Shown: positions 28,125-38,808, counted from the first letter of the stretch. The stretch: DNA of 64,000 nucleotides from Patescibacteria group bacterium (GCA_026416845.1 JAOAEL010000003.1:5447-69446), one strand, 5' to 3'. The notes: generated by a model not told the origin, from the sequence alone. Translations and numbers: made by a program.

Positions 28125-29132
28125 CTAACCTTCGGCTTTCCAAACACCAATAGACGCATCGCTTGCTTTCTTTAAAATATTAACAAAAACTTCTTGAGCT
28201 TTCTTCACATTTTCTTCTAAGCCTCTCCAAGTTTCCATAACAGGAGACTGTAGTGCTCTTGAATAAGAAAAAGAAAGCCTCCAAGGTAAATTCTTTTCCT
28301 TGTTCATCTCTGCCAAATTTTCTATCGCCTGATTCGAATCTTGCCCACCCGACAAAAACATAATTCCGGGAACCTCACTAGGGACCACCGCTTTCAAACA
28401 AGAAAGCGTGGCTTTTGCAATTTCATCTGAACTTGTCTGTTCACTAGAAACTTTGCCTGGCAAAACCATGTTGGGTTTTAGGATAATACCAGTTAAATCC
28501 ACTTTTTCTCTCTCAATCGCTTGAAAGACAGTTTTCAAAGTTTTATAAGTCACCTGCGCGCAACGCTCGATATCATGATCTCCATCCATTAAAACTTCTG
28601 GTTCTATTATTGGCACCATTTGGAATTCCTGCACAATTTTGGCATATTTTGCCAAAAAACTGGCATTTTCTAACACACACCTCTCTGTGGGCATGTCCTT
28701 TCCTATTGATATAACAGCGCGCCATTTTGTAAAAAAAGCGCCTTTTGACTTATACACACTCAACCTTTCCACCAAATCATCCAATCCTTTAGTAATCTTC
28801 TCCTCGCTTCCGGGAACCAAAGACTGCGTACCTTGGTCTACTTTTATGCCCGGTAAAATACCACGATTTAGCAAAAATTCAGCAAAGTAAACCCCATCAA
28901 TAGTTTGTTGATCAAGTGTTTCTTCAAACAAAATTACTCCGCTTAAATATTTTTCAATATCTGGCGCAGTAAAAAGCATTTCTCGATAAAAACGTCTTGT
29001 TTCTGGTGTGCAATCTATTCCAAAAGCGGCAAAACGTCTTTCTATTGTTGGTACACTTTCATCGGCCGCCAAAAGACCTTTTGGAATTTGTATCATCTTA
29101 CTTATTATCTGGTGAATAGATAACAATTCCAT
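28125..29132 (-). CDS. fba: Fructose-bisphosphate aldolase, class I (eukaryotic-type)
   Basis: GLLAADESVPTIERRF matches the GILAADES(T)G..KR motif of eukaryotic-type class I FBA. 335 aa, Schiff-base Lys region (ILKPNMV) present. Confidence 0.75.
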   Translation of the reverse strand: MELLSIHQIISKMIQIPKGLLAADESVPTIERRFAAFGIDCTPETRRFYREMLFTAPDIEKYLSGVILFEETLDQQTIDGVYFAEFLLNRGILPGIKVDQGTQSLVPGSEEKITKGLDDLVERLSVYKSKGAFFTKWRAVISIGKDMPTERCVLENASFLAKYAKIVQEFQMVPIIEPEVLMDGDHDIERCAQVTYKTLKTVFQAIEREKVDLTGIILKPNMVLPGKVSSEQTSSDEIAKATLSCLKAVVPSEVPGIMFLSGGQDSNQAIENLAEMNKEKNLPWRLSFSYSRALQSPVMETWRGLEENVKKAQEVFVNILKKASDASIGVWKAEG

Positions 29133-29176
29133 AAATTTTTGCTACAAACACTATTACTGCCTTTGTTTATCTTATA

Positions 29177-29611
29177 ATGTATATTGCTAACAATACTAAA
29201 TATAGCCTTAACTACCATCTGATTGAAAGTGTTGAAAATATGTTTCACAATAATCACAATATAAAGATGGATAAACTAACAAATGCGAATTCTTCACAGA
29301 CAATCCTAGAAAAAACTGGTTTAGAGGGGAAAAACAGGACAAGTCTTAAAGAGAAGTTAATATATGTTTTTAATGATCAAATATTTAGATCTTTTTTGTT
29401 TGTTTTTCTGATAGCAATATTATTCTTTGCGTCTCTTTACATAGCATACCTAAAAAGCAAAAACGAAAAACTAGAAAAACAGTTAAAGGAAGCTCTTAAC
29501 GAAATACCTAAAGCAAAAGTTATTATTCCAAAAAATACCCCATCAACATATTATAAAGAAGAAGCTGCTGCTAATACCAACTTTTTACAGAATAAGATGG
29601 AAAATAATTAG
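29177..29611 (+). CDS. Membrane-anchored coiled-coil hypothetical protein
   Basis: 144 aa, TM helix FLFVFLIAILFFASLYIAYL followed by a KNEKLEKQLKEALNEIPK coiled-coil. Confidence 0.3.
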   Translation: MYIANNTKYSLNYHLIESVENMFHNNHNIKMDKLTNANSSQTILEKTGLEGKNRTSLKEKLIYVFNDQIFRSFLFVFLIAILFFASLYIAYLKSKNEKLEKQLKEALNEIPKAKVIIPKNTPSTYYKEEAAANTNFLQNKMENN

Positions 29612-29666
29612 GTTCATGCCCGATTGACAATAAATGTTTTAATAATATAGATTTAGGATATCATCC

Positions 29667-30611
29667 ATGAAGTTAATAAATTGGGTTAAAAGTAATTTGC
29701 TTTCAATAATCGCTATTGTTTTAGCCACCTACTTTCTTGCTCGTCCTCTACTTGGCATATTTAGCAATAATTTAAGTACTAGCTATCAAAAAAATATATC
29801 AACATCATTTTCTGGATCACCTATCAATTACGGAATTGAAGATTCTAAACATATAGATATAGGTAACGTAGGATATGGCAGAAGAATAGAAGGCACTCCA
29901 TCTTCAATAGGAGAATATCCACCGCAAACAACCACGCATGATCGTCTTGTGATCAGAGAGTCATCTCTTTCACTTCTGGTTGCAAATGTAACAGAAATTC
30001 GGCAAAAAATCATTTCTCACGCACAAAGCGTTGGTGGCTACATGGTTTCTGCCAGCACAACAAATCCTGACAATCAAGCAAGCGCTGTAGTTATTGTCAG
30101 AATTCCTGCTGAAAAACTTGAAGAAACTCTAAACGTTTACCGTTCTTTTGGCATAAGAGTAGTTTCTGAAAATTTATATGGTTATGATGTTACAGACCAA
30201 TATGTAGACATCGAGAAAAGAATCAGTCAATACGAAAAAACACTTAAAAGGTATGAAGATCTTTTGGATCGCGCCACTTTGGTTGCCGATATCACCAATA
30301 TTACACAGCAAATCTTATCCACTCAAAGCCAAATTGACTCGCTAAAAGGACAGCAAAATGCTTTAACCCAAAATGCCAAACTTGCAAAGCTAACAATATA
30401 TCTCTCCACAGACGAAATCGCGCTTCCCTACACTCCAGATGAAGCATTCAGGCCTCAAGTGATTTTCAAAAATGCCACCAGATCAATGATTGGTACCTTA
30501 AGAAACATTGCTGAATTTGCAATCTGGGCAGGTGTATACGCGGTAATCTGGGTGCCCGCTCTTCTAATTTTTATTGTAGTCAAAAAGCTATGGCAAAAAA
30601 GACCTAAATAA
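29667..30611 (+). CDS. DUF4349-like bitopic membrane protein (N- and C-terminal TM, central coiled-coil)
   Basis: 314 aa. N-terminal anchor, central helical region ending in a coiled-coil, C-terminal TM pair (FAIWAGVYAVIWVPALLIFIVV). Layout typical of DUF4349. Confidence 0.35.
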   Translation: MKLINWVKSNLLSIIAIVLATYFLARPLLGIFSNNLSTSYQKNISTSFSGSPINYGIEDSKHIDIGNVGYGRRIEGTPSSIGEYPPQTTTHDRLVIRESSLSLLVANVTEIRQKIISHAQSVGGYMVSASTTNPDNQASAVVIVRIPAEKLEETLNVYRSFGIRVVSENLYGYDVTDQYVDIEKRISQYEKTLKRYEDLLDRATLVADITNITQQILSTQSQIDSLKGQQNALTQNAKLAKLTIYLSTDEIALPYTPDEAFRPQVIFKNATRSMIGTLRNIAEFAIWAGVYAVIWVPALLIFIVVKKLWQKRPK

Positions 30612-30780
30612 TTTTCTGAGTTATTTCCCAACTTTTTAATTATTGACACAAATCGACAATTGCAAACTAGTCAAGCAAATTATTCTAAACTTAAAAAAAC
30701 AATAAAAAATTAAAAATAACTCAAACAATCAAAACACATAACAAATCAATACAATTGCTTCTTTCAAAATTCTAACATTG

Positions 30781-31785
30781 TTAGATATTTTTACGCTCAA
30801 TCACTCTTTTAACAGCGTTGACAATATCGCGAGGTTTCATACCATACTTTTCCAAAAGCTCGCCAGGGACTCCACTCTCTCCAAAAGAATCATGCACGCC
30901 AACAAACTCAATTGGAACTGGATAATTTTGCGCAAGAAATTCAGAAATAGCTCCTCCTAAACCACCTGAAATTTGATGTTCTTCCACAGTCACAATTGCG
31001 TTAGTTTTTTTAACAGCAGACAAAATAGCGCTTCTATCAAGAGGCTTTATGGTATGATTGTTTATTACAATTGAGCCTATTCCATTTTTATCTAAATCTT
31101 TCGCGGCAATCAAAGCTTCATAAAGCAAAGGCCCACAAGCTATGATTGTAACTTCCGGGTTTTTTGACTCCCAAAAAACAATTGCTTTGCCAATTTTAAA
31201 AGGAGTGTTGTCAGTTGTCATCACAGGAGTTTTCTCGCGAGTTAATCTTATGTAGCTTGGTTTGCCATTTTGAGCTAGAGCAATTGTTGCTTTTTTGGCT
31301 TCTTGAGCATCACAAGGAACAACAACCACCATATTGGGTAAAACTCTCATAAGAGCAATGTCTTCAAGCATTTGATGCGTAGCGCCATCTGGTCCAACAG
31401 AAATTCCAGCATGAGCTCCAACTATTTTTACCGGCACATTGTTTAGACAAATAGTAGTTCTAATTTGCTCCCAATTCCTTCCCGGTGAAAAAGCAGCATA
31501 ACTTGCCACAAAGGGAATCTTGCCATAATTTGCAAGTCCGCTACCGACAGTTGCTATTAATTGCTCCGCGACACCCGCTTCTATAAAACGATCCGGAAAT
31601 TTCTCTTTAAACAAAATGCTTCTTGTTGATTCTGTCAAATCAGCGCAAACCACAACAACACGATCATCTTCTTGTCCTGCAATCACAAGTCCTTCGCCGT
31701 ACCCTTGCCGAGTTGATTCTTGTTCCAATTCATCTGAAAAAATTTTGTTCGAGAGTTTAGCCAAAGAATTTATCATGACAATCAA
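30781..31785 (-). CDS. Transketolase, C-terminal (pyrimidine-binding/C-domain) subunit
   Basis: GEGLVIAGQ...GVAEQ..IATV.GLA, the Pyr and C-terminal domains of split transketolase. Immediately downstream of the N-terminal subunit. Confidence 0.85.
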   Translation of the reverse strand: MIVMINSLAKLSNKIFSDELEQESTRQGYGEGLVIAGQEDDRVVVVCADLTESTRSILFKEKFPDRFIEAGVAEQLIATVGSGLANYGKIPFVASYAAFSPGRNWEQIRTTICLNNVPVKIVGAHAGISVGPDGATHQMLEDIALMRVLPNMVVVVPCDAQEAKKATIALAQNGKPSYIRLTREKTPVMTTDNTPFKIGKAIVFWESKNPEVTIIACGPLLYEALIAAKDLDKNGIGSIVINNHTIKPLDRSAILSAVKKTNAIVTVEEHQISGGLGGAISEFLAQNYPVPIEFVGVHDSFGESGVPGELLEKYGMKPRDIVNAVKRVIERKNI

Positions 31786-31808
31786 ATAACAACTATTTTT
31801 AAAAAAAA

Positions 31809-32687
31809 CTACTGATGCTCAGAAATTATTTTTCCTTGTAATGTTCTTAACTCATGCAAAGCTTTTTGCGCTTCTTCTTTATTGGGTGGTTTGCCATGCC
31901 AAGCATAATCATTTTCCATAAAATCAACGCCCTTGCCCGGGATAGTGTGAGCAATGATAACGGTAGGATTATGTTGCATCGCGCGTGCCTGATTGCAAGC
32001 CTCAATGATTGCTTGTATATTATGTCCATCTATCTCCAAAACGCTCCAATTGAAAGCTTTGTATTTATCAGCCAAAGGCTCAAGTGGCATTACATCTTCT
32101 GTAAAACCATCTATTTGGATATTGTTCCTGTCAACAATCACTGTCAGATTTGAAAGATTATACTTGCCAGAAAATAAAACAGCTTCCCAATGATTGCCTT
32201 CGTTATGTTCCCCATCTGAACAAATACAATAAACTCTAAATTTTCTTTTATCCATTCTTGCGCCATACGCGTACCCTGCGGCTTGAGCAAGCCCACTGCC
32301 AAGTGGGCCAGATGTGCTTTCTAATCCGGGAAGTTTTTCCCTCTCAGGATGTCCTTGCAAACGCGACCCTAATTTCCTTAAAGTAAAAAGCTCTTCAATA
32401 GGAAAATACCCAGCATGTGCCATTGCCGCATAACGAACTGGCGCAATATGCCCACAGGACAAAAAAAGCCTGTCTCTCTCTGTCCAATTGGGATCATCAG
32501 GTCTGTGATTTAAAACACAAAAATACAAAGCGGTAAAAACATCGGCCATTCCAAGAGATCCGGCTGAATGGCCGCTACCTGCTTCAAGAAGCATTTTTAC
32601 AACACTTTGGCGAATCTCGTTTGCTTTTAAGTAAAGATTGTCAATGTCAGAATCAGGCATATAATCATAATATAATCCAAAAGACAA
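31809..32687 (-). CDS. Transketolase, N-terminal (TPP-binding) subunit
   Basis: GHSAGSLGMAD (GH..SLG TPP motif) and GDGEHNEG (GDGxxxEG Mg-TPP motif). 292 aa. Confidence 0.85.
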   Translation of the reverse strand: MSFGLYYDYMPDSDIDNLYLKANEIRQSVVKMLLEAGSGHSAGSLGMADVFTALYFCVLNHRPDDPNWTERDRLFLSCGHIAPVRYAAMAHAGYFPIEELFTLRKLGSRLQGHPEREKLPGLESTSGPLGSGLAQAAGYAYGARMDKRKFRVYCICSDGEHNEGNHWEAVLFSGKYNLSNLTVIVDRNNIQIDGFTEDVMPLEPLADKYKAFNWSVLEIDGHNIQAIIEACNQARAMQHNPTVIIAHTIPGKGVDFMENDYAWHGKPPNKEEAQKALHELRTLQGKIISEHQ

Positions 32688-32816
32688 AAAACTTAAAACA
32701 TCTTTTAAAAATAATGTAATGCCAATTGTCTTGAAATTTAATAAGAGTTATTTTTATAATAAGCAATAACCAAAAAAGCACCAAGAAAAATCTCAATCTA
32801 GTAAAATTCAAATCAA

Positions 32817-33269
32817 ATGGATCAAAACCCCGAAAATCACTTGATAAAAATCCCAAGCATATCCAAAAAAAGGGATGAAGTGGTTATTGCTAGTATAGAC
32901 ATAAGCACAGAAAACGTATATGCTAAAGCCGAAATTTTGCAATCAGAAAATGGCACCAAAACAGTTCACATTATCGGAATCGAAAACCTAACAAACAAAA
33001 AAGGCATTGGCAGAAGAGCACAAGAAGAAATTTTGAGACAGGCAATCCAGCGTGGAGCAACAAGAATTAGATCTGAAGTAGTTTCAGCCGCAATTGCACA
33101 TTTGTATGGGAACTGGTTTGGAAAAGATCCAGTGTTTGAAACCATTACAGGAGAAAGACTATCACCAGAGGAAGTAGCAGAAAAAATAAACACAGGCAAG
33201 ATTAAAATAGCTTACCTTGATGCTGAAATTTCTGAAAATTTGAAAAGAAAAATTCTAAATGATACTTAA
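32817..33269 (+). CDS. Small hypothetical protein, possibly GNAT-like acetyltransferase fold
   Basis: IGIENLTNKKGIGRRAQEEILRQAIQRGATRI resembles GNAT motif A (Q/RxxGxG/A followed by helix). 150 aa. Weak. Confidence 0.25.
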   Translation: MDQNPENHLIKIPSISKKRDEVVIASIDISTENVYAKAEILQSENGTKTVHIIGIENLTNKKGIGRRAQEEILRQAIQRGATRIRSEVVSAAIAHLYGNWFGKDPVFETITGERLSPEEVAEKINTGKIKIAYLDAEISENLKRKILNDT

Positions 33270-33352
33270 ATTTTTATATTTATATTTTTTAGTAAATTAA
33301 AAAAAATGAGCCTCGTAACTTTCTAAACTCATAATAAAACTCAAAATTTACT

Positions 33353-36106
33353 TTAATAATTTTCGATCTCTTTTTTTGCTTCCTCAAATATCTTAATAGC
33401 TTTATCAACTTGATTAGCTTTAACATATAAAGCGGTCAAATCTTCATAAACCGGAAAGTATTTATAATTCCAAAACAAATCAGGGTTAAATGCTTTTAAT
33501 TCCTCATAAAGAGATATCGCATCTTCACACCTTTGCTGTCTTTCATAAACCATAGCTAAAGTTCTTATATTGTCATAATTCTGGAAAAATGCGGCAGGCA
33601 AGTTTTTTCTTGCTTCCTCAAGCATAATTGCCGCTTGGTCATAGTCCCAAATTCCATCCCGTAAATATATTTCTTGCGCATAAAAACCAACCTCTTTTGC
33701 ATAAAACTTTCCGGCTTTACTTTTTATCTCACTAGCAAAAGTGACCAATTTATCACGCGTGATATAACCACTCCTTACCCATTCTAAATAAAGTTGCATC
33801 AATTTATGAAAAGGAGGCAAATAATCACTATCATCCCAAAATTTGGATTCTTGCCAAGTTTTAAACTCTTCATAAATTTTAATTTGTTCATCAATTTGCC
33901 CATCGTATAAACTTGCTATCTGAAGCACATTAAGCTTTTGATCGTAAAAAAGCTCTGGATTTTCGCTTCTTGCTTTTTGCATAAACAATCTAGCCTTATC
34001 TATAAGCTTCTTTTTGGATTTTCCTTTCGCTCTTTTCGCTTTGCTGATATAGTTAAATGTCAATTCATATATCCTTGAATAATAAGCCTGAGGATTTTTG
34101 TGTTTAGTTTCTTCAAATATTTTCAAAGCCGCATCTAAATCATCAAAATAATAAATACAAAACATAGCATGATCAATGCTTATTTCCTCCCAATAAAGAC
34201 TTGTTTTTTTGCTACGAATTTCTTCCAAAAACCGCATTTTTTGATTACCAGGCAAAATCTTTGCTAAACCAACATAAGCCTTGCCATCACAAGGATTAAT
34301 ATCAATATTTTTCTTTAAAAGATACATTCCTATGTCAACATAGTTTTTAGTGATAAATTGGCCTGTGTTACTGGCAAAAGATGAATTAATACAAACATTT
34401 CCATCCTTGTCTGGAGCCATAACTAAATGCGGGTATGGAATACTGGCTTTCCAAATTTCTTTTTGTTCCGTATAGGGATTAATCCTTATGAATAGATTAG
34501 GGATATCTTTAACTTGTCGTAACTGTTTATCATTTTCCACTCCTTGACGAGTATTTTCAGTTATGTATGTCAAAAATTTTGAGCTAACAGGAATAAAACG
34601 AGCGTTAACAAAAGCCATCTTTTTATATTTTAAAAAGGTCTGAATTTCCAAGTTTGAAACCAAAGGATTTCTCTTTCTTAGACCATCAATTAATTGTTCA
34701 TCAGTCTGGCTTTCTAAACCAAGGATGTTTTCAAAGCTTGTGTCCATGACAAGTTTACGTCCGCTGGGCAAATCAAACTCGCAACAAACATGCCCCTTAG
34801 TGTTATTATCTAACATCTCTTTTACACAACTAGCCCGCGCTCTAATCCCCAAATATTTAGAAATTGCAAGCAAAACACTCACTTTACCTGCACATACTGC
34901 TTCTTCTTTTTCCAAAACTTCAGTTAAGTTAGTGACCAAGTTGCCTAAATTAGGAAAAATCCGATCTAATTTATTACCAATAAAGATTAATAAACTTTGT
35001 ACCTGCTCGTCCAATTTCACAAGTTTTAGTCTTTCTTCAACTCTATCAAAATCTAGATTGCTTATTTTTCTAGCTTGATCTTGCAATTCTGAAAATTTCT
35101 TGCGCAAACTGACAATATCTATAGCTTCGTCTTTGTCGGGATTTTCAAATCCAGAGTTTGAAATAACAAAACTGCATTTATCTTTGAAACTATTTTGGAG
35201 CTTCAAAATTCTTTCTTTTTTTTCTTCATCATTTAAAGGTAATTTGTCTACTTTTATAATCTCATCTTTTAAATTGTCAAATTCTTGAGCCAAATTATTG
35301 CTTTCAATTACTTTTGCATAAGAGGAATCAAATTCATAACCTTCCAATATAGAAAATAATTTGCGAAACTTGCCAACAAAACCAAGCGGATTTTGCATTC
35401 TATTTAAAACCCTTGCAACATTTAACGTAAATGCGGTTTCTATATACTCGTTAATTAAAATATCAGCCAATGTCTGCACTTGTTTTGTATCTAGCCGATT
35501 GGAAATTGCCTTTAATATTTTTGGGGACTGAACCAATTTCTTAATTTTTTGCTTTGCTCGATTGCTTAATTTTGCCACATTTGTTTCGACAAGTTTTTGG
35601 TAATAATCTTTCTCTTTATCTCCCTCACATAAACCTAGCCCAATACGATCAATTATGCTTTTCCACGCTAAAACTTTGACTTCTAGCTCGCTACTCGCAC
35701 TATCATGTACGCAGTTTTGCAAAACATCAAACAACAATTTTGCCCGCGCAGAAACCATAGCAAGCTTGTCAATTAATCTAGATCTTTTTCCTAACAAAGT
35801 TCTAATAAATTCTTCTTGATTTTTAATTGCTTTTTTCTCAGGGGTATATCTTGAGAAATCTGTTATTTCTCCTTTTCTTGCTTGATCAAGCAAGGATTCT
35901 CTTAGTTGCAAAATTAGTTCAGCAACTCCAAAAAGCGAGGTCATTTTTGCTTTAACTTCCTCAGATAAATTTAAATTATTATCCTTTGCTATTTTGATTC
36001 CACACTGTTCCTGCAATACATAAGTTACTCCTAAAATTAACTTTGCTAGTTTCTCTTCTGCTAAAGAACTCAAATGATTAACAAAATGCTCCAATTTGCT
36101 ATTCAT
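33353..36106 (-). CDS. Large transglutaminase-like cysteine protease-core protein with C-terminal TPR-like repeats
   Basis: 917 aa. Central CAGKVSVLLAISKYLGIRARASCV ... KGHVCCEFDLPSGRKLVMDTSF gives the Cys/His/Asp triad pattern of transglutaminase-like domains (G.C.e.a.l...lR.lGIPAR.v.G ... H.w.Ev...g.W...D). N-terminal ~380 aa helical/coiled-coil. C-terminal ~350 aa with repeated Y/F-x-x-A/L helical-hairpin (TPR-like) units. Confidence 0.5.
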   Translation of the reverse strand: MNSKLEHFVNHLSSLAEEKLAKLILGVTYVLQEQCGIKIAKDNNLNLSEEVKAKMTSLFGVAELILQLRESLLDQARKGEITDFSRYTPEKKAIKNQEEFIRTLLGKRSRLIDKLAMVSARAKLLFDVLQNCVHDSASSELEVKVLAWKSIIDRIGLGLCEGDKEKDYYQKLVETNVAKLSNRAKQKIKKLVQSPKILKAISNRLDTKQVQTLADILINEYIETAFTLNVARVLNRMQNPLGFVGKFRKLFSILEGYEFDSSYAKVIESNNLAQEFDNLKDEIIKVDKLPLNDEEKKERILKLQNSFKDKCSFVISNSGFENPDKDEAIDIVSLRKKFSELQDQARKISNLDFDRVEERLKLVKLDEQVQSLLIFIGNKLDRIFPNLGNLVTNLTEVLEKEEAVCAGKVSVLLAISKYLGIRARASCVKEMLDNNTKGHVCCEFDLPSGRKLVMDTSFENILGLESQTDEQLIDGLRKRNPLVSNLEIQTFLKYKKMAFVNARFIPVSSKFLTYITENTRQGVENDKQLRQVKDIPNLFIRINPYTEQKEIWKASIPYPHLVMAPDKDGNVCINSSFASNTGQFITKNYVDIGMYLLKKNIDINPCDGKAYVGLAKILPGNQKMRFLEEIRSKKTSLYWEEISIDHAMFCIYYFDDLDAALKIFEETKHKNPQAYYSRIYELTFNYISKAKRAKGKSKKKLIDKARLFMQKARSENPELFYDQKLNVLQIASLYDGQIDEQIKIYEEFKTWQESKFWDDSDYLPPFHKLMQLYLEWVRSGYITRDKLVTFASEIKSKAGKFYAKEVGFYAQEIYLRDGIWDYDQAAIMLEEARKNLPAAFFQNYDNIRTLAMVYERQQRCEDAISLYEELKAFNPDLFWNYKYFPVYEDLTALYVKANQVDKAIKIFEEAKKEIENY

Positions 36107-36225
36107 AAATTCAACTTACAAAAAATAAAGCAAGAAATAAAGCTAAAAATTATTAAATATAAAAACTTTATCAATTGAGCAATATTCAAAAAAATTCAAG
36201 CTTTTCAAAAGAAGATGCTAAAAAA

Positions 36226-36870
36226 TTAAACCTTTTTTGCAAGTTTATCCCTATCTAGAAGCTGAAAGGCTTTTTCTTCCTCTTTGGGATTTTCTCTTAA
36301 AGAGATAGCCTGATCAAAAATCTTTATAGCTTTTAGAACCTCTTTTGGGTTATTACAAATTTTGTAAACCTTTAAATCTTCAGGGCGTATCCTCATATTC
36401 AGCCTAAAAGCTTTCATTATGTCATACCAATAATCACCATAAAGTACCAATGGTTTATGATGACCAAAATAAAGTCTTGCTAATCCCCAAGCCATACCAA
36501 ATTCAGAAATTGTGCCAGTCCCACCACGCAAAACAATATAAGCATCTCCCAATTCAAGAAGTTTCATGGTGCGAGACAAATAGTCTTTCTCAACAATTTC
36601 CTCGTCTAAAGGATTTTTTTTGTCTCTTCCTTCAAAATTAGTGATATCTCTAGGATAAAATGTGGCACCAATTACTCTTGCGCCACCAGCTTTTGCTCCT
36701 TCGCTTACAGCACGCATCGTTCCAGGACCTCCGCCATTAACAGCGTCATAACCATGCTCCGCCATAAACTTGGCAAGTTCATAAGCATCTTTATAAAGAG
36801 GATCCCATTCCTGCGCATCCGCAAACCCAAAATATGTTATTTGTTTTATTTTTCTACCTGTTTGATTCAT
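36226..36870 (-). CDS. LOG-family (TIGR00730) Rossmann protein, cytokinin riboside 5'-monophosphate phosphoribohydrolase-like
   Basis: GGGPGTMRAVSEGA (GGGxGxM) and PGGTGTISEF (PGGxGTxxE) motifs. Confidence 0.7.
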   Translation of the reverse strand: MNQTGRKIKQITYFGFADAQEWDPLYKDAYELAKFMAEHGYDAVNGGGPGTMRAVSEGAKAGGARVIGATFYPRDITNFEGRDKKNPLDEEIVEKDYLSRTMKLLELGDAYIVLRGGTGTISEFGMAWGLARLYFGHHKPLVLYGDYWYDIMKAFRLNMRIRPEDLKVYKICNNPKEVLKAIKIFDQAISLRENPKEEEKAFQLLDRDKLAKKV

Positions 36871-37513
36871 AAGTTAAAACATTTTTTAAATTTTCAATAT
36901 TCTCACTAATTTCTCCATTAAACAAACTTCGCCCGATACAAACCTCATCTGCTCCCGCTTGGTAAACTTTATGTATATTATCAGAATTTATCCCACCATC
37001 AACACATATCAAATATGCATAATTATAATTTTGCCTTATCTCTGCAAGTTTCTCTATTTTTTCAAGCGCTTTCTCCTGAAACTTTTGCCCGCCAAAACCA
37101 GCTTTAACACTCATTATCAAAACAACATCAATATCATCAATCGCCAAATCGTCAATCTCGGCAATATCTGTATCTATATCAATTGCCAAACCAACTTCTT
37201 TTTTAAAACTTGTAACAACATCAATAAATTCGACTTGATTATCCATCATTTCAATTTGACCAATTATCCGATCTGCATTGGCTTTTACACACTTTTTTAC
37301 CCAAGAATATGGATCGCAAACCATAAGATGATAGTCTAGAAAAAGTTTTGTTTTATAATCTGCAATAACAAGTGGGTCAATAGTTACATTTTTGGCAAAT
37401 TGGTTATCCACAACATCAATCTGGACACGATCCACCTGACTCTCGCAAATTGAAAGCAGTTTACAAACTTCATCTTTGCTGTTACTAAGAATTGCTGGAA
37501 TAATTTTTAACAT
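36854..37513 (-). CDS. rpe: Ribulose-phosphate 3-epimerase
   Basis: KIIPAILS..., HLMV, IGQIEMM..., GFGGQKF, VDGGIN: RPE TIM-barrel motifs. 219 aa. Overlaps the LOG gene by 17 bp. Confidence 0.8.
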   Translation of the reverse strand: MLKIIPAILSNSKDEVCKLLSICESQVDRVQIDVVDNQFAKNVTIDPLVIADYKTKLFLDYHLMVCDPYSWVKKCVKANADRIIGQIEMMDNQVEFIDVVTSFKKEVGLAIDIDTDIAEIDDLAIDDIDVVLIMSVKAGFGGQKFQEKALEKIEKLAEIRQNYNYAYLICVDGGINSDNIHKVYQAGADEVCIGRSLFNGEISENIENLKNVLTYESNR

Positions 37514-37602
37514 TAAAATTTAATAATAACTGGCATATTTTTTTTGATGTCAAAAACTAATGGTTCATATACGCAAAAGCTAAATATACAACAAGCAATT
37601 TT

Positions 37603-38724
37603 TCAACTTTGCGGATTAAACAAAAGTGTCAACGGATCACTGGGGGCATGATTCAATCCGTTTTCAAGCAATCGTCCCACTCTAATCACTTGCTCCACTA
37701 AACGATTGGCATACCCCCATTCGTTGTCATACCAAGCAAAAACTTTTACCAGATTTCCACCAACTACCTGTGTCAAACTAAGATCAACTATGGCTGACTC
37801 GCTTCTGCCTATAATATCCGCCGAAACAATCGGATCTTCTGTGTAAGCAAGAATGCCTTTGTAAAGGGCATTTTTATTTACCGCCTCTTTTATGACCATA
37901 TTAACTTCCTCCTTGGTAACATTTTTCTTAAGAACAAAAGTAAAATCGGTAATTGACCCGGTAATTGTTGGAACTCTTAAACTCATTCCGTCAAAAATCC
38001 CTTTCAAATCAGGCAAAGTTTCAGCAGTTGCAATAGCGGCTCCAGTTGTAGTGGGAACAATGCTTGCGGCGGCGGCGCGTCCTCTGCGAAGATCTTTGTG
38101 CGAACTATCTTGCAAAACTTGATCATCGGTATAACTATGAACAGTAGTCATCATAGCCTTTTCTATACCAAACGCAGAAAGCATAACCGCGGCAACAGGC
38201 GCGATACAGTTAGTGGTGCAGCTGGCATTTGAAATAACCATAGCTTCATTACTAACTTCATTCACTCCAAGCACATAAGTGTTCACATTTTCACCTCTTG
38301 CAGGAGCGGATATAACGACTCTTTTTGCTCCTCCCAAGGCATGTTTTTTGGCATTTTCTTCATCAGTGAACCTGCCAGTTGATTCAATAACCACGTCAAC
38401 TTTATATTTGCCCCAAGGAATTTTAGCCGGATCCTTCTGGGCCAAAACAGGAACTTTTAAATCTTTGCCTTTTACTACCAGATTGCCAATTTGAGGATCT
38501 TCATCTGTAATTTCTTCAGGCTTTTTGATTTCTTCATGCCCAATCTCGAGCTCAAATTTCCTATAGGTGGTATCATAGTTTGTCAGGTGAGCCCAACCAG
38601 AAGTAGGCATTGAACCTGAAGTGTTAACAGCTCCAAAGTTAATCTCGCTTGCATGCTTGGTAAGCCCTATTCGAAAAGCAAGTCTGCCAATTCTGCCAAA
38701 ACCGTTTATTCCAACATTTACCAT
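37603..38724 (-). CDS. gap: Glyceraldehyde-3-phosphate dehydrogenase
   Basis: NGFGRIGR N-terminal NAD motif and ASCTTNCIAP catalytic-Cys motif. 373 aa, slightly long, with an insertion near residues 35-75. Confidence 0.9.
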   Translation of the reverse strand: MVNVGINGFGRIGRLAFRIGLTKHASEINFGAVNTSGSMPTSGWAHLTNYDTTYRKFELEIGHEEIKKPEEITDEDPQIGNLVVKGKDLKVPVLAQKDPAKIPWGKYKVDVVIESTGRFTDEENAKKHALGGAKRVVISAPARGENVNTYVLGVNEVSNEAMVISNASCTTNCIAPVAAVMLSAFGIEKAMMTTVHSYTDDQVLQDSSHKDLRRGRAAAASIVPTTTGAAIATAETLPDLKGIFDGMSLRVPTITGSITDFTFVLKKNVTKEEVNMVIKEAVNKNALYKGILAYTEDPIVSADIIGRSESAIVDLSLTQVVGGNLVKVFAWYDNEWGYANRLVEQVIRVGRLLENGLNHAPSDPLTLLFNPQS

Positions 38725-38808
38725 AAGAGTTAAACCGTAATAATTTAAGAATAAGCAATGTAACTTATTTTGACAATGAGTTTTTTACCCCTAAAAGCAA
38801 TAATACTT

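Noticed and set aside
33353-36106. The idea that the 917-aa TGase-like protein is the missing lasso-peptide B2 leader peptidase
   Set aside because: It lies 24 kb from the RRE/AsnB-like pair. It is five to six times larger than B2 proteases and is fused to TPR and coiled-coil regions. No linkage evidence exists. It is kept only as a remote possibility to test.
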